NCBI GenBank assembly: GCA_032718475.1
Contig: JAUCBJ010006317.1
Coordinates: forward strand, 928-64,927
DNA: 64,000 nucleotides
DNA from: Nemertoderma westbladi
Lineage: Eukaryota > Animalia > Xenacoelomorpha
Direction: 5' to 3'
In this document: in pieces, positions 25,200 through 39,599 of the stretch
Layout of the letters: each line of letters begins with the position of its first letter
Position numbering within the stretch: position 1 is the stretch's first letter
Notes under the pieces: generated by a model
The model's input: only the letters and a program-made list of their open reading frames with translations
What the model was told of the DNA's origin: nothing
The model's database searches: none
Translations under genes and position numbers: made by a program

Positions 25200-27650
25200 A
25201 CAAATAGCTGAGGTAGGTGTGTGGGACTGGTGTAAACAAATAACTGAGGTAGGTGTGTGGGACTGGTGTAAACAAATAGCTGAGGTAGGTGAGTGGGACT
25301 GGTGTAAACAAATAGCTGAGGTAGGTGTGTGGGACTGGTGTAAACAAATAGCCGAGGTAGGTGAGTGGGACTGGTGTAAACAAATAGCTGAGGTTGGTGA
25401 GTGGGACTGGTGTAAACAAATAGCTGAGGTAGGTGAGTGGGACTGGTGTAAACAAATAGCTGAGGTAGGTGAGTGGGACTGGTGTAAACAAATAGCTGAG
25501 GTAGGTGAGTGGGACTGGTGTAAACAAATAGCTGAGGTAGGTGAGTGGGACTGGTGTAAACAAATAGCTGAGGTAGGTGAGTGGAACTGGTGTAAACAAA
25601 TAGCCGAGGTAGGTGAGTGGGACTGGTGTAAACAAATAGCTGAGGTAGGTGTGTGGGACTGGTGTAAACAAATAGCCGAGGTAGGTGAGTGGGACTGGTG
25701 TAAACAAATAGCTGAGGTAGGTGTGTGGGACTGGTGTAAACAAATAGCCGAGGTAGGTGAGTGGGACTGGTGTAAACAAATAGCTGCGGTAGGTGTGTGG
25801 GACTGGTGTAAACAAATAGCCGAGGTAGGTGAGTGGAACTGGTGTAAACAAATAGCCGAGGTATGTGAGTGGGACTGGTGTAAACAAATAGCTGAGGTAG
25901 GTGAGTGGGACTGGTGTAAACAAATAGCTGAGGTAGGTGAGTGGGACTGGTGTAAACAAATAGCCGAGGTAGGTGAGTGGGACTGGTGTAAACAAATAGC
26001 CGAGGTAGGTGTGTGGGACTGGTGTAAACAAATAGCCGAGGTAGGTGAGTGGGACTGGTGTAAACAAATAACCGAGGTAAGTGAGTGGGACTGGTGTAAA
26101 CAAATAGCTGAGGTAGGTGAGTGGAACTGGTGTAAACAAATAGCCGAGGTATGTGAGTGGGACTGGTGTAAACAAATAGCTGAGGTAGGTGAGTGGGACT
26201 GGTGTAAACAAATAGCTGAGGTAGGTGAGTGGGACTGGTGTAAACAAATAGCTGAGGTAGGTGTGTGGGACTGGTGTAAACAAATAGCCGAGGTAGGTGA
26301 GTGGGACTGGTGTAAACAAATAGCTGAGGTAGGTGTGTGGGACTGGTGTAAACAAATAGCTGAGGTAGGTGAGTGGGACTGGTGTAAACAAATAACCGAG
26401 GTAAGTGAGTGGGACTGGTGTAAACAAATAGCTGAGGTAGGTGAGTGGAACTGGTGTAAACAAATAGCCGAGGTATGTGAGTGGGACTGGTGTAAACAAA
26501 TAGCTGAGGTAGGTGAGTGGGACTGGTGTAAACAAATAGCTGAGGTAGGTGAGTGGGACTGGTGTAAACAAATAGCTGAGGTAGGTGTGTGGGACTGGTG
26601 TAAACAAATAGCCGAGGTAGGTGAGTGGGACTGGTGTAAACAAATAGCTGCGGTAGGTGTGTGGGACTGGTGTAAACAAATAGCCGAGGTAGGTGAGTGG
26701 AACTGGTGTAAACAAATAACCGAGGTAGGTGAGTGGGACTGGTGTAAACAAATAGCTGAGGTAGGTGTGTGGGACTGGTGTAAACAAATAGCCGAGGTAG
26801 GTGAGTGGGACTGGTGTAAACAAATAGCTGCGGTAGGTGTGTGGGACTGGTGTAAACAAATAGCCGAGGTAGGTGTGTGGGACTGGTGTAAACAAATAAC
26901 TGAGGTAGGTGTGTGGGACTGGTGTAAACAAATAGCTGAGGTAGGTGAGTGGGACTGGTGTAAACAAATAGCTGAGGTAGGTGTGTGGGACTGGTGTAAA
27001 CAAATAGCCGAGGTAGGTGAGTGGGACTGGTGTAAACAAATAGCTGAGGTTGGTGAGTGGGACTGGTGTAAACAAATAGCTGAGGTAGGTGAGTGGGACT
27101 GGTGTAAACAAATAGCTGAGGTAGGTGAGTGGGACTGGTGTAAACAAATAGCTGAGGTAGGTGAGTGGGACTGGTGTAAACAAATAGCTGAGGTAGGTGA
27201 GTGGGACTGGTGTAAACAAATAGCTGAGGTAGGTGAGTGGAACTGGTGTAAACAAATAGCCGAGGTAGGTGAGTGGGACTGGTGTAAACAAATAGCTGAG
27301 GTAGGTGTGTGGGACTGGTGTAAACAAATAGCCGAGGTAGGTGAGTGGGACTGGTGTAAACAAATAGCTGAGGTAGGTGTGTGGGACTGGTGTAAACAAA
27401 TAGCCGAGGTAGGTGAGTGGGACTGGTGTAAACAAATAGCTGCGGTAGGTGTGTGGGACTGGTGTAAACAAATAGCCGAGGTAGGTGAGTGGAACTGGTG
27501 TAAACAAATAGCCGAGGTATGTGAGTGGGACTGGTGTAAACAAATAGCTGAGGTAGGTGAGTGGGACTGGTGTAAACAAATAGCTGAGGTAGGTGAGTGG
27601 GACTGGTGTAAACAAATAGCCGAGGTAGGTGAGTGGGACTGGTGTAAACA
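25200..27650 (+). repeat. Higher-order duplication, offset 1656 bp (46 monomers)
   Basis: The ordered variants ATAACTG, GGTTGG, GGAAC (25585/27241), GCTGCGG and GTATGT recur at +1656. Confidence 0.75.
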
Positions 27651-30600
27651 AATAGCCGAGGTAGGTGAGTGGGACTGGTGTAAACAAATAGCTGAGGTAG
27701 GTGTGTGGGACTGGTGTAAACAAATAGCTGAGGTAGGTGAGTGGGACTGGTGTAACTGTAAACAAATAGCTGAGGTACAGTTAGTAGGTGAGTGGGACTG
27801 GTGTAAACAAATAGCTGAGGTAGGTGAGTGGGACTGGTGTAAACAAATAGCTGAGGTACAGTTAGTAGGTGAGTGGGACTGGTGTAAACAAATAGCTGAG
27901 GTAGGTGAGTGGGACTGGTGTAAACAAATAGCTGAGGTAGGTGAGTGGGACTGGTGTAAACAAATAGCTGAGGTAGGTGAGTGGGACTGGTGTAACTGTA
28001 AACAAATAGCTGAGGTAGGTGAGTGGGACTGGTGTAAACAAATAGCTGAGGTAGGTGTGTGGGACTGGTGTAAACAAATAGCTGAGGTAGGTGTGTGGGA
28101 CTGGTGTAAACAAATAGCTGAGGTAGGTGAGTGGGACTGGTGTAACTGTAAACAAATAGCTGAGGTACAGTTAGTAGGTGAGTGGGACTGGTGTAAACAA
28201 ATAGCTGAGGTAGGTGAGTGGGACTGGTGTAACTGTAAACAAATAGCTGAGGTACAGTTAGTAGGTGAGTGGGACTGGTGTAAACAAATAGCTGAGGTAG
28301 GTGAGTGGGACTGGTGTAAACAAATAGCTGAGGTAGGTGAGTGGGACTGGTGTAAACAAATAGCTGAGGTAGGTGTGTGGGACTGGTGTAAACAAATAGC
28401 CGAGGTAGGTGAGTGGGACTGGTGTAAACAAATAGCTGAGGTAGGTGTGTGGGACTGGTGTAAACAAATAACTGAGGTAGGTGTGTGGGACTGGTGTAAA
28501 CAAATAGCTGAGGTAGGTGAGTGGGACTGGTGTAAACAAATAGCTGAGGTAGGTGTGTGGGACTGGTGTAAACAAATAGCCGAGGTAGGTGAGTGGGACT
28601 GGTGTAAACAAATAGCTGAGGTAGGTGAGTGGGACTGGTGTAAACAAATAGCCGAGGTAGGTGAGTGGGACTGGTGTAAACAAATAGCCGAGGTAGGTGA
28701 GTGGGACTGGTGTAAACAAATAGCCGAGGTAGGTGAGTGGGACTGGTGTAAACAAATAGCTGAGGTAGGTGAGTGGGACTGGTGTAAACAAATAGCTGAG
28801 GTAGGTGAGTGGGACTGGTGTAAACAAATAGCTGAGGTTGGTGAGTGGGACTGGTGTAAACAAATAGCTGAGGTAGGTGAGTGGAACTGGTGTAAACAAA
28901 TAGCCGAGGTAGGTGAGTGGGATTGGTGTAAACAAATAGCTGAGGTAGGTGTGTGGGACTGGTGTAAACAAATAGCCGAGGTAGGTGAGTGGGACTGGTG
29001 TAAACAAATAGCTGAGGTAGGTGAGTGGGACTGCTGTAAACAAATAGCCGAGGTATGTGAGTGGGACTGGTGTAAACAAATAGCCGAGGTAGGTGAGTGG
29101 GACTGGTGTAAACAAATAGCTGAGGTAGGTGAGTGGGACTGGTGTAAACAAATAGCCGAGGTATGTGAGTGGGACTGGTGTAAACAAATAGCCGAGGTAG
29201 GTGAGTGGAACTGGTGTAAACAAATAGCCGAGGTATGTGAGTGGGACTGGTGTAAACAAATAGCTGAGGTAGGTGAGTGGGACTGGTGTAAACAAATAGC
29301 TGAGGTAGGTGAGTGGGACTGGTGTAAACAAATAGCCGAGGTAGGTGAGTGGGACTGGTGTAAACAAATAGCCGAGGTAGGTGAGTGGAACTGGTGTAAA
29401 CAAATAGCCGAGGTATGTGAGTGGGACTGGTGTAAACAAATAGCTGAGGTAGGTGAGTGGGACTGGTGTAAACAAATAGCTGAGGTAGGTGAGTGGGACT
29501 GGTGTAAACAAATAGCCGAGGTAGGTGAGTGGGACTGGTGTAAACAAATAGCCGAGGTAGGTGAGTGGGACTGGTGTAAACAAATAGCTGAGGTAGGTGA
29601 GTGGGACTGGTGTAAACAAATAGCTGAGGTAGGTGAGTGGGACTGGTGTAAACAAATAGCTGAGGTAGGTGAGTGGGACTGGTGTAAACAAATATCTGAG
29701 GTAGGTGAGTGGGACTGCTGTAAACAAATAGCTGAGGTAGGTTAGTGGGACTGGTGTAAACAAATAGCTGAGGTAGGTGAGTGGGACTGGTGTAAACAAA
29801 TAGCCGAGGTAGGTGAGTGTGACTGGTGTAAACAAATAGCTGAGGTATGTGAGTGGGACTGGTGTAAACAAATAGCTGAGGTAGGTGTGTGGGACTGTTG
29901 TAAACAAATAGCTGAGGTAGGTGAGTGGGACTGGTGTAAACAAATAGCTGAGGTAGGTGAGTGGGACTGGTGTAAACAAATAGCTGAGGTAGGTGAGTGG
30001 GACTGGTGTAAACAAATAGCCGAGGTAGGTGAGTGGGACTGGTGTAAACAAATAGCTGAGGTTGGTGAGTGGGACTGGTGTAGACAAATAGCTGAGGTAG
30101 GTGAGTGGGACTGGTGTAAACAAATAGCAGAGGTAGGTGAGTGGGACTGGTGTAAACAAATAGCTGAGGTAGGTGAGTGGGACTGGTGTAAACAAATAGC
30201 TGAGGTAGGTGAGTGGGACTGGTGTAAACAAATAGCTGAGGTAGGTGTGTGGGACTGGTGTAAACAAATAGCTGAGGTATGTGAGTGGGACTGGTGTAAA
30301 CAAATAGGCGAGGTAGGTGAGTGGGACTGGTGTAAACAAATAGCTGAGGTATGTGAGTGGGACTGGTGTAAACAAATAGCTGAGGTATGTGAGTGGGACT
30401 GGTGTAAACAAATAGCTGAGGTTGGTGAGTGGGACTGGTGTAAACAAATAGCTGAGGTAGGTGAGTGGGACTGTTGTAAACAAATAGCTGAGGTAGGTGA
30501 GTGGGACTGGTGTAAACAAATAGCTGAGGTAGGTGAGTGGGACTGGTGTAAACAAATAGCCGATGTAGGTGAGTGGGACTGGTGTAAACAAATAGCTGAG

Positions 30601-33600
30601 GTATGTGAGTGGGACTGGTGTAAACAAATAGGCGAGGTAGGTGAGTGGGACTGGTGTAAACAAATAGCTGAGGTATGTGAGTGGGACTGGTGTAAACAAA
30701 TAGCTGAGGTAGGTGAGTGGGACTGGTGTAAACAAATAGCTGAGGTAGGTGAGTGGTACTGGTGTAAACAAATAGCTGAGGTAGGTGTGTGGGACTGGTG
30801 TAAACAAATAGCCGATGTAGGTGAGTGGGACTGGTGTAAACAAATAGCTGAGGTATGTGAGTGGGACTGGTGTAAACAAATAGGCGAGGTAGGTGAGTGG
30901 GACTGGTGTAAACAAATAGCTGAGGTATGTGAGTGGGACTGGTGTAAACAAATAGCTGAGGTAGGTGAGTGGGACTGGTGTAAACAAATAGCTGAGGTAG
31001 GTGAGTGGGACTGGTGTAAACAAATAGCCGATGTAGGTGAGTGGGACTGGTGTAAACAAATAGCTGAGGTATGTGAGTGGGACTGGTGTAAACAAATAGG
31101 CGAGGTAGGTGAGTGGGACTGGTGTAAACCAATAGCTGATGTATGTGAGTGGGACTGGTGTAAACAAATAGCTGAGGTAGGTGAGTGGGACTGGTGTAAA
31201 CAAATAGCAGAGGTAGGTGAGTGGGACTGGTCTAAACAAATAGCTGAGGTTGGTGAGTGGGACTGGTGTAAACAAATAACTGAGGTAGGTGAGTGGGACT
31301 GGTGTAAACAAATAGCTGAGGTAGGTGTGTGGGACTGGTGTAACTGTAAACAAATAGCTGAGGTTGGTGAGTGGGACTGGTGTAAACAAATAACTGAGGT
31401 AGGTGAGTGGGACTGGTGTAACTGTAAACAAATAGCTGAGGTAGGTGAGTGGGACTGGTGTAAACAAATAGCTGAGGTAGGTGAGTGGGAGTGGTGTAAA
31501 CAAATAGCTGAGGTAGGTGAGTGGGACTGGTGTAAACAAATAGCTGAGGTTGGTGAGTGGGACTGGTGTAAACAAATAACTGAGGTAGGTGAGTGGGACT
31601 GGTGTAAACAAATAGCTGAGGTAGGTGAGTGGGACTGGTGTAAACAAATAGCTGAGGTAGGTGTGTGGGACTGGTGTAACTGTAAACAAATAACTGAGGT
31701 AGGTGAGTGGGACTGGTGTAACTGTAAACAAATAGCTGAGGTAGGTGAGTGGGACTGGTGTAAACAAATAGCTGAGGTAGGTGTGTGGGACTGGTGTAAC
31801 TGTAAACAAATAGCTGAGGTAGGTGAATGGGACTGGTGTAAACAAATAACTGAGGTATGTGAGTGGGACTGGTGTAAACAAATAGCTGAGGTAGGTGAGT
31901 GGGACTGGTGTAACTGTAAACAAATAGCTGAGGTAGGTGAGTGGGACTGGTGTAAACAAATAGCCGAGGTAGGTGAGTGGGACTGGTGTAAACAAATAGC
32001 TGAGGTAGGTGAGTGGGACTGGTGTAAACAAATAGCCGAGGTTGGTGAGTGGGACTGGTGTAAACAAATAGCTGAGGTAGGTGAGTGGGACTGGTGTAAA
32101 CAAATAGCTGAGGTAGGTGTGTGGGACTGGTGTAACTGTAAACAAATAGCTGAGGTAGGTGAATGGGACTGGTGTAAACAAATAACTGAGGTAGGTGAGT
32201 GGGACTGGTGTAAACAAATAGCTGAGGTAGGTAAGTGGGACTGGTGTAAACAAATAACTGAGGTAGGTGAGTGGGACTGGTGTAAACAAATAGCCGAGGT
32301 AGGTGAGTGGGACTGGTGTAAACAAATAGCTGAGGTAGGTGAGTGGGACTGGTGTAAACAAGTAGCTGAGGTAGGTGAGTGGGACTGGTGTAACTGTAAA
32401 CAAATAGCTGAGGTAGGTGAGTGGGACTGGTGTAACTGTAAACAAATAGCTGAGGTAGGTGAGTGGGACTGGTGTAAACAAATAGCCGAGGTAGGTGAGT
32501 GGGACTGGTGTAAACAAATAGCTGAGGTAGGTGAGTGGGACTGGTGTAAACAAATAGCCGAGGTTGGTGAGTGGGACTGGTGTAAACAAATAGCTGAGGT
32601 AGGTGAGTGGGACTGGTGTAAACAAATAGCCGAGGTAGGTGAGTGGGACTGGTGTAAACAAATAGCTGAGGTAGGTGAGTGGGACTGGTGTAAACAAATA
32701 GCTGAGGTAGGTGAGTGGGACTGGTGTAACTGTAAACAAATAGCTGAGGTAGGTGAGTGGGACTGGTGTAAACAAATAGCCGAGGTAGGTGAGTGGGACT
32801 GGTGTAAACAAATAGCTGAGGTAGGTGAGTGGGACTGGTGTAAACAAATAGCCGAGGTAGGTGAGTGGGACTGGTGTAAACAAATAGCCGAGGTAGGTGA
32901 GTGGGACTGGTGTAAACAAATAGCTGAGGTAGGTGAGTGGGACTGGTGTAAACAAATAGCTGAGGTAGGTGAGTGGGACTGGTGTAAACAAATAGCTGAG
33001 GTAGGTGAGTGGGACTGGTGTAAACAAATAGCTGAGGTAGGTGAGTGGGACTGGTGTAAACAAATAGCTGAGGTAGGTGAGTGGGACTGGTGTAACTGTA
33101 AACAAATAGCTGAGGTAGGTGAGTGGGGCTGGTGTAACTGTAAACAAATAGCTGAGGTAGGTGAGTGGGACTGGTGTAAACAAATAGCTGAGGTAGGTGA
33201 GTGGGACTGGTGTAAACAAATAGCTGAGGTAGGTGAGTGGGACTGGTGTAAACAAATAGCTGAGGTAGGTGAGTGGGACTGGTGTAAACAAATAGCTGAG
33301 GTAGGTGAGTGGGACTGGTGTAACTGTAAACAAATAGCTGAGGTAGGTGAGTGGGGCTGGTGTAAACAAATAGCTGAGGTAGGTGTGTGGGACTGGTGTA
33401 AACAAATAGCTGAGGTAGGTGTGTGGGACTGGTGTAAACAAATAGCTGAGGTAGGTGGGTGGGACTGGTGTAAACAAATAGCTGAGGTAGGTGTGTGGGA
33501 CTGGTGTAAACAAATAGCTGAGGTAGGTGAGTGGGACTGGTGTAACTGTAAACAAATAGCTGAGGTAGGTGAGTGGGACTGGTGTAAACAAATAGCTGAG

Positions 33601-33899
33601 GTAGGTGAGTGGGACTGGTGTAACTGTAAACAAATAGCTGAGGTAGGTGTGTGGGACTGGTGTAAACAAATAGCTGAGGTAGGTGAGTGGGACTGGTGTA
33701 ACTGTAAACAAATAGCTGAGGTAGATGAGTGGGGCTGGTGTAAACAAATAGCTGAGGTAGGTGAGTGGGACTGGTGTAACTGTAAACAAATAGCTGAGGT
33801 AGGTGAGTGGGACTGGTGTAAACAAATAGCTGAGGTAGGTGAGTGGGACTGGTGTAAACAAATAGCTGAGGTAGGTGAGTGGGACTGGTGTAAACAAAT

Positions 33900-36800
33900 A
33901 GCTGAGGTAGGTGAGTGGGACTGGTGTAACTGTAAACAAATAGCTGAGGTAGGTGAGTGGGGCTGGTGTAAACAAATAGCTGAGGTAGGTGTGTGGGACT
34001 GGTGTAAACAAATAGCTGAGGTAGGTGTGTGGGACTGGTGTAAACAAATAGCTGAGGTAGGTGGGTGGGACTGGTGTAAACAAATAGCTGAGGTAGGTGT
34101 GTGGGACTGGTGTAACTGTAAACAAATAGCCGAGGTAGGTGAGTGGGACTGGTGTAAACAAATAGCTGAGGTAGGTGTGTGGGACTGGTGTAAACAAATA
34201 GCTGAGGTAGGTGTGTGGGACTGGTGTAAACAAATAGCTGAGGTAGGTGTGTGGGACTGGTGTAAACAAATAGCTGAGGTAGGTGTGTGGGACTGGTGTA
34301 ACTGTAAACAAATAGCCAAGGTAGGTGAGTGGGACTGGTGTAAACAAATAGCTGAGGTAGGTGAGTGGGACTGGTGTAAACAAATAGCTGAGGTAGGTGA
34401 GTGGGACTGGTGTAAACAAATAGCTGAGGTAGATGAGTGGGACTGGGGTAAACAAATAGCTGAGGTAGGTGAGTGGGACTGGTGTAAACAAATAGCTGAG
34501 TTAGGTGAGTGGGACTGGTGTAAACAAATAGCTGAGGTAGGTGAGTGGGACTGGTGTAAACAAATAGCCGAGGTAGGTGAGTGGGACTGGTGTAAACAAA
34601 TAGCTAAGGTAGGTGAGTGGGACTGGTGTAAACAAATAGCTGAGGTAGGTGAGTTGGACTGGTGTAAACAAATAGCTGAGGTAGGTGAGTGGGACTGGTG
34701 TAAACAAATAGCTAAGGTAGGTGAGTGGGACTGGTGTAAACAAATAGCTGAGGTAGGTGAGTGGGACTGGTGTAAACAAATAGCTGAGGTAGGTGAGTGG
34801 GACTGGTGTAAACAAATAGCTGAGGTAGGTGAGTGGGACTGGTGTAAACAAATAGCTGAGGTAGGTGATTGGGACTGGTGTAAACAAATAGCTGAGGTAG
34901 GTGAGTGGGACTGGTGTAAACAAATAGCCGAGGTAGGTGAGTGGGACTGGTGTAAACAAATAGCTGAGGTAGATGAGTGGGACTGGTGTGAACAAATAGC
35001 CGAGGTAGGTGAGTGGGACTGGTGTAAACAAATAGCTGAGGTAGGTGAGTGGGACTGGTGTAAACAAATAGCCGAGGTAAGTGAGTGGGACTGGTGTAAA
35101 CAAATAGCCGAGGTAGGTGAGTGGGACTGGTGTAAACAAATAGCTGAGGTAGGTGAGTGGGACTGGTGTAAACAAATAGCTGAGGTAGGTCTGTGGGACT
35201 GGTGTAAACAAATAGCTGAGGTAGGTGAGTGGGACTGGTGTAAACAAATAGCTGAGGTAGGTGAGTGGGACTGGTGTAAACAAATAGCTGAGGTAGGTGA
35301 GTGGGACTGGTGTAACTGTAAACAAATAGCTGAGGTAGGTGAGTGGGGCTGGTGTAAACAAATAGCTGAGGTAGGTGTGTGGGACTGGTGTAAACAAATA
35401 GCTGAGGTAGGTGTGTGGGACTGGTGTAAACAAATAGCTGAGGTAGGTGGGTGGGACTGGTGTAAACAAATAGCTGAGGTAGGTGTGTGGGACTGGTGTA
35501 ACTGTAAACAAATAGCCGAGGTAGGTGAGTGGGACTGGTGTAAACAAATAGCTGAGGTAGGTGTGTGGGACTGGTGTAAACAAATAGCTGAGGTAGGTGT
35601 GTGGGACTGGTGTAAACAAATAGCTGAGGTAGGTGTGTGGGACTGGTGTAAACAAATAGCTGAGGTAGGTGTGTGGGACTGGTGTAACTGTAAACAAATA
35701 GCCAAGGTAGGTGAGTGGGACTGGTGTAAACAAATAGCTGAGGTAGGTGAGTGGGACTGGTGTAAACAAATAGCTGAGGTAGGTGAGTGGGACTGGTGTA
35801 AACAAATAGCTGAGGTAGATGAGTGGGACTGGGGTAAACAAATAGCTGAGGTAGGTGAGTGGGACTGGTGTAAACAAATAGCTGAGTTAGGTGAGTGGGA
35901 CTGGTGTAAACAAATAGCTGAGGTAGGTGAGTGGGACTGGTGTAAACAAATAGCCGAGGTAGGTGAGTGGGACTGGTGTAAACAAATAGCTAAGGTAGGT
36001 GAGTGGGACTGGTGTAAACAAATAGCTGAGGTAGGTGAGTTGGACTGGTGTAAACAAATAGCTGAGGTAGGTGAGTGGGACTGGTGTAAACAAATAGCTA
36101 AGGTAGGTGAGTGGGACTGGTGTAAACAAATAGCTGAGGTAGGTGAGTGGGACTGGTGTAAACAAATAGCTGAGGTAGGTGAGTGGGACTGGTGTAAACA
36201 AATAGCTGAGGTAGGTGAGTGGGACTGGTGTAAACAAATAGCTGAGGTAGGTGATTGGGACTGGTGTAAACAAATAGCTGAGGTAGGTGAGTGGGACTGG
36301 TGTAAACAAATAGCCGAGGTAGGTGAGTGGGACTGGTGTAAACAAATAGCTGAGGTAGATGAGTGGGACTGGTGTGAACAAATAGCCGAGGTAGGTGAGT
36401 GGGACTGGTGTAAACAAATAGCTGAGGTAGGTGAGTGGGACTGGTGTAAACAAATAGCCGAGGTAAGTGAGTGGGACTGGTGTAAACAAATAGCCGAGGT
36501 AGGTGAGTGGGACTGGTGTAAACAAATAGCTGAGGTAGGTGAGTGGGACTGGTGTAAACAAATAGCTGAGGTAGGTCTGTGGGACTGGTGTAAACAAATA
36601 GCTGAGGTAGGTGAGTGGGACTGGTGTAAACAAATAGCTGAGGTAGGTGAGTGGGACTGGTGTAAACAAATAGCTGAGGTAGGTGAGTGGAACTGGTGTA
36701 AACAAATAGCTGAGGTATATGAGTGGGACTGGTGTAAACAAATAGCTGAGGTAGGTGAGTGGGACTGGTGTAAACAAATAGCCGAGGTAGGTGAGTGGGA

Positions 36801-38200
36801 CTGGTGTAAACAAATAGCTGAGGTAGGTGTGTGGGACTGGTGTAAACAAATAGCTGAGGTAGGTGAGTGGGACTGGTGTAAACAAATAGCTGAGGTAGGT
36901 GAGTGGAACTGGTGTAAACAAATAGCTGAGGTAGGTGAGTGGGACTGGTGTAAACAAATAGCTGAGGTAGGTGAGTGGAACTGGTGTAAACAAATAGCTG
37001 AGGTATATGAGTGGGACTGGTGTAAACAAATAGCTGAGGTAGGTGAGTGGGACTGGTGTAAACAAATAGCTGAGGTAGGTGAGTGGGACTGGTGTAAACA
37101 AATAGCTGAGGTAGGTGTGTGGGACTGGTGTAAACAAATAGCTGAGGTAGGTGTGTGGGACTGGTGTAACTGTAAACAAATAGCCAAGGTAGGTGAGTGG
37201 GACTGGTGTAAACAAATAGCTGAGGTAGGTGAGTGGGACTGGTGTAAACAAATAGCTGAGGTAGGTGAGTGGGACTGGTGTAAACAAATAGCTGAGGTAG
37301 ATGAGTGGGACTGGGGTAAACAAATAGCTGAGGTAGGTGAGTGGGACTGGTGTAAACAAATAGCTGAGTTAGGTGAGTGGGACTGGTGTAAACAAATAGC
37401 TGAGGTAGGTGAGTGGGACTGGTGTAAACAAATAGCCGAGGTAGGTGAGTGGGACTGGTGTAAACAAATAGCTAAGGTAGGTGAGTGGGACTGGTGTAAA
37501 CAAATAGCTGAGGTAGGTGAGTTGGACTGGTGTAAACAAATAGCTGAGGTAGGTGAGTGGGACTGGTGTAAACAAATAGCTAAGGTAGGTGAGTGGGACT
37601 GGTGTAAACAAATAGCTGAGGTAGGTGAGTGGGACTGGTGTAAACAAATAGCTGAGGTAGGTGAGTGGGACTGGTGTAAACAAATAGCTGAGGTAGGTGA
37701 GTGGGACTGGTGTAAACAAATAGCTGAGGTAGGTGATTGGGACTGGTGTAAACAAATAGCTGAGGTAGGTGAGTGGGACTGGTGTAAACAAATAGCCGAG
37801 GTAGGTGAGTGGGACTGGTGTAAACAAATAGCTGAGGTAGATGAGTGGGACTGGTGTGAACAAATAGCCGAGGTAGGTGAGTGGGACTGGTGTAAACAAA
37901 TAGCTGAGGTAGGTGAGTGGGACTGGTGTAAACAAATAGCCGAGGTAAGTGAGTGGGACTGGTGTAAACAAATAGCCGAGGTAGGTGAGTGGGACTGGTG
38001 TAAACAAATAGCTGAGGTAGGTGAGTGGGACTGGTGTAAACAAATAGCTGAGGTAGGTCTGTGGGACTGGTGTAAACAAATAGCTGAGGTAGGTGAGTGG
38101 GACTGGTGTAAACAAATAGCTGAGGTAGGTGAGTGGGACTGGTGTAAACAAATAGCTGAGGTAGGTGAGTGGAACTGGTGTAAACAAATAGCTGAGGTAT
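33900..38200 (+). repeat. Three-copy higher-order repeat (offsets 1386 and 1482 bp)
   Basis: The ordered marker set GCCAAG, GTAGATG…GGGGTAA, GAGTTAGG (34501/35887/37369), GCTAAG, GAGTTGGAC, GTGATTGG, TGTGAAC, GTAAGT, GGTCTG occurs three times. Confidence 0.9.
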
Positions 38201-39599
38201 ATGAGTGGGACTGGTGTAAACAAATAGCTGAGGTAGGTGAGTGGGACTGGTGTAAACAAATAGCTGAGGTAGGTGAGTGGGACTGGTGTAAACAAATAGC
38301 TGAGGTAGGTGTGTGGGACTGGTTTAAACAAATAGCTGAGGTAGGTGAGTGGGACTGGTGTAAACAAATAGCTGAGGTAGGTGAGTGGAACTGGTGTAAA
38401 CAAATAGCTGAGGTAGGTGAGTGGGACTGGTGTAAACAAATAGCTGAGGTAGGTGAGTGGAACTGGTGTAAACAAATAGCTGAGGTATATGAGTGGGACT
38501 GGTGTAAACAAATAGCTGAGGTAGGTGAGTGGGACTGGTGTAAACAAATAGCTGAGGTAGGTGAGTGGGACTGGTGTAAACAAATAGCTGAGGTAGGTGT
38601 GTGGGACTGGTGTAAACAAATAGCTGAGGTAGGTGAGTGGGACTGGTGTAAACAAATAGCCGAGGTAGGTGAGTGGGACTGGTGTAAACAAATAGCCGAG
38701 GTAGGTGTGTGGGACTGGTGTAAACAAATAGCTGAGGTAGGTGAGTGGGACTGGTGTAAACAAATAGCTGAGGTAGGTGAGTGGGACTGGTGTAAACAAA
38801 TAGCTGAGGTAGGTGAGTGGGACTGGTGTAAACAAATAGCTGAGGTAGGTGAGTGGAACTGGTGTAAACAAATAGCTGAGGTATATGAGTGGGACTGGTG
38901 TAAACAAATAGCTGAGGTAGGTGAGTGGGACTGGTGTAAACAAATAGCTGAGGTAGGTGAGTGGGACTGGTGTAAACAAATAGCTGAGGTAGGTGTGTGG
39001 GACTGGTGTAAACAAATAGCTGAGGTAGGTGAGTGGGACTGGTGTAAACAAATAGCCGAGGTAGGTGAGTGGGACTGGTGTAAACAAATAGCCGAGGTAG
39101 GTGAGTGGGACTGGTGTAAACAAATAGCTGAGGTAGGTGAGTGGGACTGGTGTAAACAAATAGCTGAGGTAGGTGAGTGGGACTGGTGTAAACAAATAGC
39201 TGAGGTAGGTGAGTGGGACTGGTGTAAACAAATAGCTGAGGTAGGTGAGTGGGACTGGTGTAAACAAATAGCTGAGGTAGGTGAGTGGGACTGGTGTAAA
39301 CAAATAGCTGAGGTAGGTGAGTGGGACTGGTGTAAACAAATAGCCGAGGTAGGTGTGTGGGACTGGTGTAAACAAATAGCTGAGGTAGGTGAGTGGGACT
39401 GGTGTAAACAAATAGCTGAGGTAGGTGAGTGGGACTGGTGTAAACAAATAGCTGAGGTAGGTGAGTGGGACTGGTGTAAACAAATAGCTGAGGTAGGTGA
39501 GTGGGACTGGTGTAAACAAATAGCTGAGGTAGGTGAGTGGGACTGGTGTAAACAAATAGCTGAGGTAGGTGAGTGGGACTGGTGTAAACAAATAGCTGA

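Noticed and set aside
22399-37375. TTAGG in GAGTTAGG variants as arthropod telomeric repeat
   Set aside because: Isolated single-base variants of GAGGTAGG, never tandem.
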